DNA of 64,000 nucleotides. Source: Macrostomum lignano (lineage: Eukaryota). Each line of letters begins with the position of its first letter. Position 1 is the first letter of the stretch. The DNA lies in contig NIVC01000129.1 in NCBI GenBank assembly GCA_002269645.1, positions 542,755 through 606,754 of the forward strand, in the 5' to 3' direction. The position numbers and the translations under genes were made by a program. The notes under the pieces were generated by a model that saw only the letters and a program-made list of their open reading frames with translations, did no database searches and was not told the DNA's origin. Of this stretch, positions 38,501 through 51,954 are shown piece by piece.

Positions 38501-40452
38501 CTCCTCACTTCTCTCTTCTCTTCCGTGTGCGAGACACTTTGAATATATTTACTAGCGGTTGTTTTTTGTTATTCGTTGTAACGCTCTCTATATGTAAGCC
38601 TTCCAGTAATAGAAAGATGGTTTTGGAAAAATATGTGAAAATTTCTTTACAGAGAAGTGCTTTCAATCAAAGATGCTTACCTGTACAGAGTACACCCTCG
38701 TTGGAGTGGTAATCGCTTCTCTTAACCGCCTTGGGCAATGAGTCTTTCCAGATGTATCTCACGACAAGTCCCTTGCTCTTGTCTTGGCTGAGGATCTCCT
38801 TGCTGAGACTGGACCGGCAGGGGATACCGGGAAGGCAGAAGGACTGACGCCTCCAGTTGGTCATGCCGGTGTCAAACATGAGCGCCAGCATCAGATGGTC
38901 TCCGTTTAACACAGAGGTTCCCGGAATGATTGAATCATTCAGCAATTTCCTAATCCCGAATGCAATGAGTGCATGGTGAGGAATCAAAATGAGGTGTTTT
39001 AGCTAGTTTAGCTAGCAAGTTGCTGGATAATTATCTAGGGCTGGTTTTGGGATCTTTGAAAAGATCCTAAGTTTATGGGTCTGTTCTCGTGTCTTTGCAA
39101 GGATGCTTGCATGTATATCCAGAAATCAATACATTTTCTGTTGTCTATACATTTGAAAACTACGCACAAAGATTTCCTAAACTTTCTCTAAAAGTGTAAA
39201 CAAACCATAATTTTTCTCGTTTCTCCAAACTCTCTGCTTGCGCGGGACGGCCATTGCCGGCTTCGCAGAACAGCTTGTAGGTATCTTGCAGGTACTCGTC
39301 TTTAAACTTTAGCTTGGTGGAGTGGACGCAGAAGCTCTGATTCACCAGCGGTCCTCCGTCCAAGCTAGCAACCAGGCTTGCTGGACTGCAGGCAATGTAG
39401 GGTTCTGCAGAGCCATTGCCTGAAGAAAGTAGCTTGCTTATATAAAAGTGCTGGAAGGTGTCAAGTAATTGAATTTTATTAACATAATGCGACTCACGCT
39501 GAGGGAAATACTCGCAGACTGGATACAACTCGGCGTTTGTGTCCACAGCTGTGTACAGAAACTTATTCTTGAATCGGTTTAGGGCTATCAGGTTAAACTT
39601 CGCGTCGACAGAGGAGCTGTCCCACTGCCCAGCTGGCGGGGTGAAGCTTGGACCGAACATGTTCCAGGCAAGGGGCACCGGGGCTCCCCCTGCGTAAAAA
39701 TAAGGCTGGTAGGTCCAATTGGTGCACAGGTCTTTACCGTCCAGGATGAGACTGAGTGTAACGCTGGAATTTTTATTGCGGGAATGAAACTAAAAATATT
39801 GTCAGTAAAAATGAACTATTGGTTGTAAAGAGCACCGAGCAAAACCGTTCGAACTTTTGTTTCGATTTTAACAAGATATTTTGTGTTTTGTTCAGGAATG
39901 TTGAAGTACTCGTAAAGTTAGAAAAACCTAAATTCGCAATCTAAAGTGGAGCACACACACGAATGTGTCGACGTTGAGCACTTGAGATTGCATGGTCTTC
40001 AGCAGATTTCGTTTTGACAAATTCAACAGAAAAAATGTTTTCAATGCTAATACGTATCGTTAGAAACTAAGCGATTTCTTTTAATTTGGGCTCGTTGGTC
40101 AGAAAATATAAAATATAAAAGAGGTTATAAAAGCCACAATTTAATAAGCAAAGGCTCACTTTTCGGCAATCAGACTGTTGAATGCGTCAACGGCTCGAGT
40201 GTCGTTGAGAGGAGCGAATATGCTGTGGTTGTTCTCCTTGAGGGCCAAGCAGTCGGAGGCGAAAGTAGCGTACGGCAAGGACCTGTTGAACGTCGGCGGG
40301 TCGGCATCGGAAATCGGGTAGCGGAAGATGTACTCGGTGCCTTTGAAGTCGGGAATTTCGACGTAGTCCCACCGGTAGCCAAGACAGACTTGGGAACCAC
40401 AGTAGTGAGCCAGCCACCACAGTAGGTAATAAATAGCAGCACTTGACATCAT
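35577..40452 (-). pseudogene. Gene B: inverted paralog of gene A (CTL-like + Sushi repeats) with a frameshift in exon 6
   Basis: Exons 40452-40160, 39763-39498, 39419-39206, 38949-38681, 38023-37821, 37612-36681, 36496-36068, 35849-35577 match gene A in order and phase. Net 41-bp deletion near 36900 shifts the frame (stop at 36845). Confidence 0.78.
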
Positions 40453-41935
40453 TTGTGCCGCTCTTGCCTATTCAAAAACTTTCAGCTATATCACTACAAC
40501 GTTTATGAGATTGAACCAGAATTGCCGGTGTATTTCACCTCGCCAATCAAGCCAGGAGTTTCTTATAGCTAAGAAAGCAAGTGTTTAGTTTGGCAACTGG
40601 CAAGTCCTGATTGGCTAAGCTGTAGAGAAAGATGAAACAATCAAGACTTGTCAGCTTGAGGACAGAAGTTTAAGCGAATTAAGTTTGCAAAGGCTTCATA
40701 TTGAATCGCCGAGTGCAAGACATAAGCTTCGATTATGTCGATGCGCTCACGCCATCTGATGAAAAAATGAATGGGCGATGGACTTATTATCTCGACGATC
40801 ATAGCTTTAAACTTAATGATTTTCGCCTTTGCACTAAATGGAGGTCGTAAAAAACTGACGAAAAGCGTAGAACGTACAAACTCTGAATTCTTTAACTTGC
40901 CAGAAGTTCCTTGCAAATTACAAACAGCTTACATGACCTGTAAACATGACAGCACGTTACAGTTTTCATAAGTCATAAATTCAACCATCGGATTACACAA
41001 AATTGTAGCTAAGTCACTACTTAATTAACAAGATAGATTTGAAATCTTTCTCCTACAATTTGGCCCCCAGTGTTTCAGCATATCCTCGTCTGCAGGCTTC
41101 CCTCACTCCGTGACGTCACAGTCGCTACCACATCGCCAACTTGGCGACAGGAGAGAAGTGAGAGATGCACTGGCTGTCAATTATTCTGCTCCACTCTCTC
41201 TCGCCGCTTTTGTTTCAACGAAAAAGCTTTCACAAAACCACGCTAACAAGACTAACAGGTTTAACGCTGCCTTCGTTTCCGCAAAGTCAATCCAGTCTGC
41301 TTGCCTTGAATAAATACAAGTTTCACTGATACAACGCCTTTCGTGCTTTGGTTTTGTAAAGAAATTGTCTCTTTCCTAACATTTCCTTTGTCTTGCAGTT
41401 TCCTGTAGAAGTTTTTTGCAGAATCTCCCAATCGATAGCGTGATTGCACAAAGCTTTGCCGGGGCTGTTGCCCCCAGGACCCCGGGTCCTGCACGTAATG
41501 GCGTGGTGAACTATCTGTGCAGTATGAGACTGGTATGGCCTTTATCCCAGCCAGCGATGCTCACACCTGCCTCCCCTGGCGGGCTGATAGCTCAAGAGAC
41601 TCTGTCTCCTGATTTTCACCTTGCAAGGCGCACTTCGAAGGGTACTCGTCCCGTGGGTGTTAAGACAGGCCCCCTTGGGCCCTGCCGAGCTGATTCGTTG
41701 GCGCCGGGTCCCGGTGTGACCATATAAACGCACCCTCTAATGTCCCAGTGTAACTCCGTGCTGATGGACGCTTGGCCAGGGAGTAGTCTGGTCGCTAACG
41801 GTTCCCCTTGCGCTTTTGGGTCCCCCCGCGGGGTGGTATTTTGCTTTTTGGGGGCCTGCCGCTTGGTTTGGGGTTGCGGCCTTGCGGCTCTTTGTCTGTG
41901 TTCTGCAGGAAGTCCCACCTTTTTACTTCCAGCCA

Positions 41936-42914
41936 ATGGCTTCTAACCGAAGTAACAAACCGGCTGTGGATGACACAGTGCCTCCGGCCTCGGCTGGGGC
42001 CGTGGACTCCTCGGCCATACCACCTGCTACCATCGGGGACGCCTCGGCGAGACCCGTGGAGCCAACTCTGAGCGGTGCCTCCGAGAAGACACCTGCTACT
42101 CCAGCTGCTAAGAAACGCAGCACCACCTCTGGAGCTGCCCGCCGTCGACTTAACAAGGCGAGGCGGGCCAAGGAGGGCGGAAGCCAAACCGGTGCCAGGG
42201 GCCAACGGCCCGCGGCAGCGGAAGCTTCCCAGTCTGGGGCGGTGGCGGAAGAGGGCCTCGAGCCCACGGAAGCCCCTGCCCAGGATAGGGAGGCCGATGC
42301 AGCCGGGAGGGTGGACAGCCCACCTGAAGAAAACTCCACTGACCCCGGGCCTCCTACGCTGATGCGGCAAAGAGGCAACCGGCGGTTGTCATCCTGGGAA
42401 AGGACGCGCGCCTGTCTCCCGATCAGCTGAAGCAGGTGAGAAGTGCCGTTGATGGCCTCCTGTGGAAGCAAACTCTGAAGGGCACGCCTCTGAACATTCA
42501 TTCGAATGCGACGAGGGACTCGTGCCTTCTCATTTGGCCCAGTGATGCTGACTCGGGTCGGCGGCTCCTTGAGCTGCTGCCCGAGCAGAGCTGGGACCTC
42601 AACCTAGCCTTCTGCAGAGAGGACGAGCGCCCCCGGACCAAGAGGCATCGAATCTGGGTCCCGGCCAGGAGCGTTGTTACCTCTGCTGACGAGCTCCGGA
42701 AAGGACTGCTAGCAGTCAACCGGGAGCTTCCCGCGCGGGCCTAGTGGTGCATGACACCCTTAAGTGCACCGACGGCACTGGCTTCACAGCCATCCTGGGG
42801 CTGTCGGACGCCTGGATGAGGCGTTATCCACACGGCAGCTTCATCAACGTCGGCCTTTGGAAGCTGCGCATCCGCTCCTACGAGGCCGACCCTCCCCGTG
42901 GCAGTGAGCAGGGC
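41936..42914 (+). pseudogene. Outer element ORF1, 5' part (low-complexity N-terminus plus conserved domain resembling DUF4780), with frameshifts
   Basis: DQLKQVRSAVDG...RELPARGLVV...ILGLSDAWMRRYP.GS...KLRIR is homologous to inner-element ORF1; frameshifts near 42400 and 42740. Confidence 0.75.
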
Positions 42915-43002
42915 TTGACTTAGCTGCAGGGCTGTCCCGAAGGGGACACAGCGGGAAGGCGCGGGCGCCCATTCCGCTAGTCCCTGAACGGCCGACGCGT
43001 CG

Positions 43003-46000
43003 CTATGGACGGAGGGTTGGCGCCGCCCAGGGAGGTCCCCCAGTGTCGCCAGCAGCTATGGTGCTCTCTGGAAAGGAGAGTTCAGCCCTGCGGGTGGCCC
43101 GAAGGTAGCGCATGAGCTGATTAAAGTTTTCGGGTTTGCACGCTTCAGTAATAGATGTGTGTGGCCCGAGGTAAGTGAGTCTGGCCCGCGTGAAGGCGGG
43201 ACAGATGCTGACGAAATGCTCAGCGGTTTCGTCACCTGAGTTGCAGAAGCTACAGGTGGCGTTGGTGGCGTTGCCCTGCAGGTACTGGTGCCTGGAGAAG
43301 CAGCCGTGACCAGAGAGGGTCATGGTGGCAGCCCGGATGTCTCTGCGCGAGAGGCGCAAGAGGAGCTTCCGGAGCTGGTGAGAGGGCTGAGGGACAGCGC
43401 CTCTGGATTGCCTGCAGTTCGTGCGGTTCGCCCAAGTCGAGCGGTGCTGAGTCCTGATCCACGCTTTGATGCGCGAGTCGATGACACAGCCAGGAATCGG
43501 GACAAGAGGTTCGGGGCCGAGAGAGGAGCCGGAGGCACCAACTTTTGCAAGGGTGTCAGCCAACTCATTTCCTCGGATCCCCACATGCCCCGGAACCCAC
43601 TTAAGGGTAATTTTGTTGGCGGAACCCAACATGTTGAGGAGTTTGATACAGTCGAGGACTGTAGCAGAGTTGGTGCTGCAGCCACTGATGGCGTGCAAGG
43701 CAGCTTGGCTGTCCGAATGGAAAATGATGTTCTTACCAGTAACGCCAGTGGCGAGAAGCTCTGCAGTGCAGGAGCTGATGGCCAGAACTTCATTTTGGAA
43801 AACACTGGAGTTGACCCCAGTGTATTGAGCGTGGGTAGCGATGACCCTCCCGTTCAGAAAGATTCCAACACCAAAGCCGGTGTTGGCTGACTGCTTAGAA
43901 CCGTCGGTGTAGCAATGAAGCTCACCAGGGTTCCATTGGTCATTGATGTTATCGCGCGAGTCGATAGCTACGGAGTAGCGCTGTCTCAGGTTGAGCGTTG
44001 AGGCAATGCCATCGGTGAAGACGCGATTGGCCTGACACTCGTTGAGAAAGTTGAGGCACAGATCGCTATGCGGGACAAGGTTCCGCTTAGCAGGTGCTCT
44101 CATGTAAATGAATTTGACGCCGGCATCAATTAGACGCCGCGTCGTTCTAGCCGCCTCACCCCTGATGAAGAGGTCAAGAGGCGGAAGATTAAGGAAGGCC
44201 CCCATGCCAGCAAAGGGCGTGGACCTGGTGGCGTTGCAGATGAGCCTACACGCTCTGCCTTGGATCGTGTTGAGCAGGTCTGCATGGCTTTTGACCTGGG
44301 TAGCGCTAACCCAGACAACAGAGGCGTACGTAATGGCAGGTCTAACTACGGAAGTATAGATCCACCAAAGCCGCTTTGGGGATAGACCCCAAGAAGTGCC
44401 AAGTGCTCGTCGGAGCTGGGCCAGGATGGCTGAGGCACGCTTGGCTTTTGCTTTCACGTGGGAGGACCAGTTGAGCCGGTGGTCAAGTATGACCCCGAGA
44501 CATCTGGTCTGGTGCGCGAAGGCAATATCTCTGCCGTAGAGCTGCAGAGGACGTATGTTCCAGCGTAGTCTGCTGGTAAACATAATGGCAACGGTTTTGG
44601 GCTCAGAGAGTTCCAGACCATTGTCATTGGCCCAGGATTCTGCTTTGCGGATAAAGCTCTGCATCAGATCCCTGAGCGTGCTGGGAGACGGTCCTGCCAC
44701 AATGGCCGTGACGTCATCAGCATACCCGACTTTGAAGACGGGGTCGGGTCGGGAGTCACTCAAAAGAGCGTCCATGACCAGGTTCCAGAGCGTCGGGGTG
44801 AGGACTCCGCCTTGGGGTCCACCCTTACAGACTCTGGTGGAGGCAGTTTGCCCAAGAAGTTGGGCAGTGACCGTACGGTTGGAGATCATGTACATGATCC
44901 ACCGTATGAGGGTAGCATGAGCTTTGCGATTTTGAAGGGCCCTCTGAAACGCTTCAAAGATAACGTTGTCGAAGGCGCCAACAATGTCAAGAAAGAGAGC
45001 CAGAGCGTAACCGTCACCCAGTACCGCCCTTTCAATCTTCTCGACAATCGCATGCAAGGCGCTGTCAGTCGACCTCCCGGTACGGAAGGCGTGCTGATTA
45101 TTGCTGAGGGGCATCGCTGTCAGCTCGCAGGACAGCAGCCGCCAGAGAATAAGCCTCTCAGTGAGCTTAAGCATTGCTGACGTTAAGCTAATAGGCCGGA
45201 AGGCCTTGACGCTTTGGTAGTCACCCTTCCCAGGTTTGGGAATAAAGACTACCCGAGCTTCAGTCCAGCATTTGGGAACGTATCCCAGCTGGATAGAGGC
45301 CCGCATAAGATTGCGGGTGAGTCTCAGGAACGAGGGTATCTTGGCTGCTTCACGAAGGAGAACAGGGTAGATACCATCAGGTCCAGGAGATTTGAAGGGT
45401 TTGAAGGTTCTGACCGCACGAGCGATTAGGTCTTCAGTGACAATGCCCGCCGCTAGGGTGGCTCCATCCATCGAATGGTTGGGCTCCGGTCTAGCAGTAG
45501 GTACCCTCGGGAAGAATGTGCTAAGCATATGCTGAAGCACTTCTTCAGGGTCTTTAGTAAGAGAGCCATCATCTTTTTTGATCATGGCTAATTTGGACAT
45601 TTTGTCCATTGTAAGGGCCTTGACAAGCCTAGAAGTAGGTCTGTCTTGATCCAATTCATTGCAGAATTGGCGCCACTTACATTCCTTGGCCTTGCGCACT
45701 TCAGATTTGAAATTGCGGGAGGCTTGCCGGAAAAGCTCCATGTCCTCCGGGTTTCCGGTCTTCATGGCACGGCGATGAAGGCTTTTGGCCTTCCGCCTGA
45801 GTTTCCCCAGCTCCGGGTTCCACCACGGCGCCGAGGTCTTGCCTTTGTAGGCGCGAGCAGGACAAGCCGCTTCGTAGGCTTCAATAATGCAACCTGTCAG
45901 CGTCTCAGCCATATGATCCACATCCTCGCAGGTCTCAATCGGACGTAAGTCCGTGAGTTCCTGCAGGTGCAGATCAAGGGCAGCCTTGTAGGCCGCCCAA

Positions 46001-46742
46001 TCAGTGTTGCGGATATTGCGTCTCCAAGTGATCGGAGACTGGGTTTTAGTGTCCGCGATGTTAAAGGCGATAAAGCAGTGGTCAGACAGGGAGGGCTCCT
46101 CAGACCAGACTCTCCACTCCTCAACTCTGTCAAAGAGTCTTGGGGTAACGAGTGTGGCGTCGAGGACCTCAGTCCATCTGCCATTATTAAAGGTAGGAGT
46201 GCTGCCGCGGTTGCAGAGCATGAGGTTTGTGTTAGAAATGAGGGCCAGAAGCTCCTCTCCTCTAGTGTTGGTATCTTTGCAGCCCCAGTGCTTGTGGTGC
46301 GCGTTGAGGTCGCCCCTAAGCACAGCTCAGCGTTCTGGGACTCGCAGTACTGCGCGAGGCGCAGTAAACTCTCAGGAGCAGGGTCTCTGTCGCCTGGGAT
46401 ATAAACCGAGGCAACAAGACACGTACGCGGAGAGAAATGATTAGATTGGATGACGCAAAGGTCTCCATCAGAGAGATCAGTCCTCAGCCAAGCCTGGAGA
46501 TGGCTAGCAGCGAGGATAGCCGCTCTAGGGCGACTGTTCCCCGGGCCACACACATAAAAATCAGAGTAGCCAGAGGGAATGTTGGGCAACTTACCGTTGC
46601 GCATCCAGGGTTCCTGGATCAGGATGAGGCCTGGCCTGTACAGCTCAGCAATCTTCATCAGATTTACTGACGCAGATACGCAATGCTGTAAATTAATTTG
46701 CAGACAGAATGTCGCTCCTTTGGCAGCGTGGAGCTTAGTCAT
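43003..46742 (-). pseudogene. Inner element ORF2: AP endonuclease, reverse transcriptase, RNase H, CCHC knuckle; one frameshift near 46320
   Basis: LQINLQHC, GDLNAHH..WG, SDH; PGPDG, RPISL, QHAF, PQGGVLTP, YADD; YTDGS...SVFQNEVLAI...SDSQAAL...WVPGH..GNELAD; CSFC...HFVSIC. Confidence 0.92.
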
Positions 46743-46781
46743 ACTGTATTAAATGCAATTTCTGGCTAGAGCCCAGGGCCA

Positions 46782-47700
46782 TCAAGGAGACTTGGACAAC
46801 AGATCGTCCTCGTCCCAGGCCGCTGGGGCTTGACTGGGAGATGGGAGTTGGTCGACGTCCATGGCCTCCTCACCCCCACCGGCCCCCCCAGCAGAGTCCT
46901 CAGGCTCCGATGACAGGATGGAGGAAGCTTCCTCACCTGCATCTTTACCTTCAGACCCCACCAGGGTGGCCGAGGAGAGCTCGGATTCCGAAGACCCGGC
47001 CTCGTCCTCAACTCCTTCTCCGACTGGCAGGTTTGGTTCCCGGGGCTTGGCCGGAGCCGTTACCGCGGTCGCCGAACTGCTGCTAGCAGAGGGGCGAGAC
47101 GCAGCTTTGGCTTTGGGATCGGCTTGCGCCTTTCCTTGGGCCTTAGACTGCGCCCCGCTCTTGCCGGAGATGCCGGGGTTGGCAGAAGCCTTCCCTTTGG
47201 CAGACTTTCCTCGGCGCATCTTGAGCTTGAGGGCACCCAACTGGAAAGAGGATCCATTAGGGTACCGACTCGCCCAAGTGCTGGAAAGGCCGAGGACAAT
47301 TGAGTTGCCCGTCTCCCCCCTACGGACTTTGCGGTGATACACCAGTCCACTAGCAGGGAGGTCGGGGTTCAGACGCAGTAGGACCCGGCGAATAACGTCT
47401 GGTCCAGCTGCGGTGCTCTTAGCAGGGACGAAAACCACATAGGGTATCGTCTTTGGACGCTGGCCCTCGCGAAGAAAAAGAGCTCCGCCAAGGTCAGCAT
47501 CCAAGGAGACCGTCGGTAGCCGCTGGAGCAGCTGCCGAGCGTCCTCCTCGCTGCTAGGAGCAATAAGAACGAATGTGCTTCGCAGCACCATCCGCTCAAT
47601 GCCGATGGAGATTCCCTCCTCGACAGTCAGCTCAATCAGATAGGAGTCAACAGCACTCCACACTTTTTGAAGCTGATCAGTGGTCCAGTCCTGGTCGCGA
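46782..47700 (-). CDS. Inner element ORF1, N-terminally truncated
   Basis: Open frame to the stop at 46782, directly upstream of ORF2; homologous to outer ORF1. Confidence 0.8.
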
Positions 47701-47706
47701 CAGGGC

Positions 47707-48246
47707 GGGCGGGATGCGGAGGCGGCCGGGGCCGAGGCGCAAGCCTCTGCTCAGACTGCCAAAGCAAACCGCCCTGCCCGGCAGCACGGCCGCGCGGGCA
47801 AAGCTGAGCGCGCTGCTGAGGGCGGAGGCGACCGACGCCCGGCGCGCAGCACCAAGCGGCGCGGCCTGTACCAGCGTGCAGCTGAGGCAGTCCGTACCGC
47901 CAAAATCACCCAGCTGAGGCAAGAGGTCGCCGGGACGCCTAGGCGCACCAGTTCGTCCAGGGAGGGTGGGGACGTCCCAGCTGGGCCCAACCCCTCGGGT
48001 CAGGGCCGACTGGAGACGGACCCGCCTGCCCAGGCGGCTGGCTGCTCCAGGGCATTGGGCCAATCTGAGGCGGAGGACCCCATGGATGGTGGGCAAAGGG
48101 CGGCGAACGCTGCCTACTGCCTTCCGGCCAATCGGGGGCCTTTTGCTGAAGAAGAGCCCATGGACACCGGCGACCCCGACCCGAAGCCGGTGAGCGCCGA
48201 GGAGGAGGAGGAACTCCTGGCGACTGCAACACCCGATCTGCACTGA
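47707..48246 (+). pseudogene. Outer element ORF1, 3' part
   Basis: Joins in frame with the 5' part across the CAGGGC TSD (...GSEQG/GRDAEAA...); its stop overlaps the ORF2 ATG (TGATG). Confidence 0.8.
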
Positions 48247-51200
48247 TGCCAGCGGCAACCTGGTGTCTGCAGATCAACACCCAACACTGTGTGGCGGCGT
48301 CAATCAACCTGATGCGCACGACAGAGCAACAGCTTCCGGGCCTGGTCTTCATGCAGGAGCCCTGGATGACTAAAGGTAAACCAAATAATGTGCCATCTGG
48401 CTATATATCACTGTTTTTGCATGGCGGACTCTCAGCCTCGGCCAAGATCTCTGGTCTTTGCTGCAAAAGCTTTTGAGGCATGGATGAGACCTGATCTCTC
48501 GACTGGGGACATCTGTGTTGTTCAAATCAATAACCTCATTCCAATAAACCCGTGCTGGTCGCATATGCCTATTTCCCAGGCGATGTCCCAGTAGTCTGCG
48601 ACGCGCTAGTCAACCTCATTGACTACTACGCCGCGTCCCGTCGGTTCGAGCTGCTCATTGCAGGGGATGTGAACGCACACCACCTGCATTGGGGCAGCAA
48701 GAACATCAATAGCAGAGGCGAGGAGCTGCTGGCCTATGTCAGCAGCACTAACCTCAACTTCTGTAACGTGGGCAATGCACCAACGTTCAATAATGGGCGG
48801 TGGGCCGAAGTCATCGACACCACCATCGCCTCACCCGGACTGCTTTCCGCAGTTACGGGCTGGCGAGTGTGGGACGAGGACTCGCTCTCGGACCACCGCT
48901 TTATCCGCTTTTGCATTGGGCTGACCAAGCAAAAGCCTAAGGTCACTTGGAGTCGGAACGTCAGGAACACCGATTGGGCCGCCTTTGGCTCGAAGCTGAG
49001 CCGCGGCCTTCGGGATCTTGACCCCCCCCAGTGACCTCTCTGACTGCCAGGTGGTGGACGATCTCGCCTCCTCCCTGGGCGGGGCGATCACCACTGCCTT
49101 TGAAGCAGCCTGCCCCCTAAAGGCCTATAAAGGCAAGAAATCTGCTCCCTGGTGGAACCCAGAGCTCGGGGCCCTTCGGCGCCGAGCCAGGACCCTCCAA
49201 AGGCGAGCGCTCAAAACCAAAGACCCATCTGACAGAGAGGCCTATACCCGTGCGATCCACGAGTTTAAGGGCCAAGTCAGAAGAGCCAAGACGGCCAAGT
49301 GGCGCCAATATTGCGAAGGGCTTGAGGGCTCTCGCCCCGTAGCCCGCGTGGTTAAGGCACTCACGAATGACCGTTTTTCTAAACTCTCTGTTGTGAAGAG
49401 ACCTGACGGCTCGGTCACAAAGAGTTCGGAAGAGACTCTAGAGCTCATGCTCAACAGTTTTTTCCCTAAATCTCCGACTCAGCAGGGCCCGCCCGACCAC
49501 ACAGTGGGAGGGCAAGGCCTAGCAAAGTCTATGATCACCAAAGACCGCATTATTAGAGCGGCAAGGTCCTTTAACCCGTTCAAGGCGCCTGGGCCCGACG
49601 GCATCTACCCAGCGTTCTTGCACGAGGCGGTGAAAAACCACCGCTTCCTGGACCTGCTCTGTCGTCTCCTTCGAGCTTGTATGGAGCTGGGCTATGTACC
49701 AGTTGCATGGAGAGAGGCCCGGGTGGTCTTTATCCCCAAGCCTGGAAAGAGCGACTACCAATCGGTGAAGGCCTTCAGGCCTATCAGCCTCACTTCTTTC
49801 TGCCTCAAGCTCCTCGAGAGACTGGTGCTTTGGCGCCTACTTTCGGTCGAGCTGAAGCGCTTCCCACTCTCGCAGAACCAGCACGCCTTCCGCGCGGGCA
49901 GGTCAACCGAGAGTGCTCTCCATGTCATTGTTGACTTCCTGGAGAGGGCCGTTCTTGGCAGCGGCTTTGCCCTCTCGCTTTTCCTGGACATTGAGGGGGC
50001 CTTCGACAACGTCATCTTCGAGGCCTTTTGCAGAGCCCTGGAATCCAGGGCCACGCACCCTCACCTTGTCCGGTGGATCATGTTCATGATCCGAAACCGC
50101 ACTGTTGTGGCCCACCTGAGCGGCAGCTCTCTTTCGGTGCCTGTCCTGAAAGGGGGCCCCCAGGGCGGCGTTCTCACCCCCGTTCTCTGGAACATGGTCA
50201 TGGATGAGTTGCTTTGCAGTGATCTCCACGACCCCATTCTCAAGGTGGGCTATGCCGATGATGTGACCGCGATATGCGCGGGCCCCTCGGTTGATACCAT
50301 CAGAGACCTTCTGCAGGGCTTTCTGGGACGAGCGGAGCGTTGGGCAGACCAATGTGGCCTTAGACTCTCAGAGTCGAAAACCACAGCAGTCATGTTTACC
50401 AACAAACTGCTCTGGACCATTAAGCCCCTCACCCTCTATGGAAAGAATATTTCCATGGAGAAGCAGGTCCGCTGCCTGGGCCTCACTCTGGACCACAGGC
50501 TTAACTGGACTCCACACATTCAAACTAAAGCCAAAAAAGCCCTGGCTGTACTGGCTCAGATCAGGCGCGCCGTGGGCACCACCTGGGGGCTCACCCCCAG
50601 GAAGCTGTGGTGGATTTACACTGCCATCATCCGCCCCTCGATCAGTTACGCCAGCCTCGTGTGGGCTAGCGGCCTGAGCGTCAAGAGCAACCTCGACGCT
50701 CTCTACAAAATCCAGGGCAGAGCCTGCCGCATGACTATGGGCGCTCCACCCTCTACTCCTTTTGAAGGCATGAATGCCTTCCTCTGTGCCCCTCCTTTGG
50801 ATATTTATATCAAAGGAGAGGCGGCGAAGAGCACCCGGCGTCTTCTGGATGCTGGGGTGGCCTTCAAGAAAGTGCGGGCCTTTAAGAAGCGGTCGCTTAT
50901 CCCGCACTCTGACCTCTGCCTCAAGGCTCTCGAGGAGTGTGGCGGGCTCAACATCCTCACGGACTCGATCCCAGCCACCCTTCTCCTGAGCCAAAGGTAT
51001 AAGGTCACCATTCAGCCTCGACACGAGGCGAGTGACAGCTGGAGCGACTCTGAAGTCCACTGTTACACTGACGGCTCTATGAGGCATGGTCTTTCAGGCT
51101 TCGGAGCCTGCGTCTTCTTCAAGGGAGAAGTGGTGTCGAGCTACTCCCAGCACACTGGGCTCAACTCCAGTGTTTTTCAGAGCGAGGTGCTTGCCATCAG

Positions 51201-51954
51201 CTCCTGCGCGGCAGAGCTGCGCCGAAGGCAGCTTAGCGGCCGGAAATTTATTTTTCACTCTGACAGCCAAGCAGCCCTTCGGGCCCTCTGCCGCAGCACC
51301 GCCAGCTCCAGGTCCGTCCTGGACTGCAACACCCAGCTCAACGGGCTTGCGCTAGGCAACCAGGTGGAGCTCAGATGGATCCCGGGCCACGCCGGCTTCC
51401 TCGGCAACGAGCGCGCTGACCTGCTGGCCAAGGCTGGCTCCGCCGGCGCGCTGCTGGGGCCGGGCCCGGGTGCCCCCATCCCCGCCTCGGTGATCAACTC
51501 CCGCGTTAAGCGCTGGGCTGACTCCGAGCATCTCCGCAGGTGGCACGACACCCGGAATTGTAGGCAATCCCGTGCTGCCGTCCCCTGTCCCTCTCCTCTC
51601 CTGCGTAGAGCCCTCCTCAGGCTCAACCGCAGAGACCTCAGAGCAGTTAGCATGGCCCTCTCCGGGCATGGCTGCTTCTCTCGCCACCGCTTCCTTCAGG
51701 GCCAAGTACCCGAGGAGCGGTGCCCCTTCTGCCGCTCAGGCAGTGAAAACGCCGAGCATTTTATCTGCCACTGCCCGGTTTTCACCAGGGCCAGGCTTAC
51801 TCACCTCGGGCCAAACCCGGTTCTCTCCGACGTTTGCAGGCCCGAGAGCATCCCGCTGCTCGCCCGGTACCTCAGGGACACCGGACGAGCTGATTTCTTC
51901 CCCACCGTCGGTGAGGAGGACCGCGCTGCAGGTGAGACCGACGGGTCCCCCTGA
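48246..51954 (+). pseudogene. Outer element ORF2: APE-RT-RNase H-CCHC, with frameshifts in the endonuclease region
   Basis: Pieces 48246-48476, 48552-49034, 49018-51954; motifs LQINTQHC, GDVNAHH..WG, SDH, RPISL, PQGG, YADD, YTDGS, CPFC...HFICHC. Confidence 0.92.

Larger units (their letters stand above)
42915..47700 (-). mobile_element. 5'-truncated non-LTR retrotransposon of a related family, inserted antisense into outer ORF1
   Basis: 6-bp TSD CAGGGC (42909-42914, 47701-47706); 3' end CCTGCAGCTAAGTCAA shared with the outer element; 5' end truncated inside ORF1. Confidence 0.9.

Noticed and set aside
41458-41620. HDV-like ribozyme at the 5' end of the full-length LINE (known from R2, RTE and LOA-clade Baggins elements)
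   Set aside because: The first 7 nt (GCCGGGG) can pair with CCCTGGC (41574-41580) followed by GG, but I could not build consistent P2/P3/L3 elements. The UTR is hairpin-rich; an RNArobo or Infernal search would decide.
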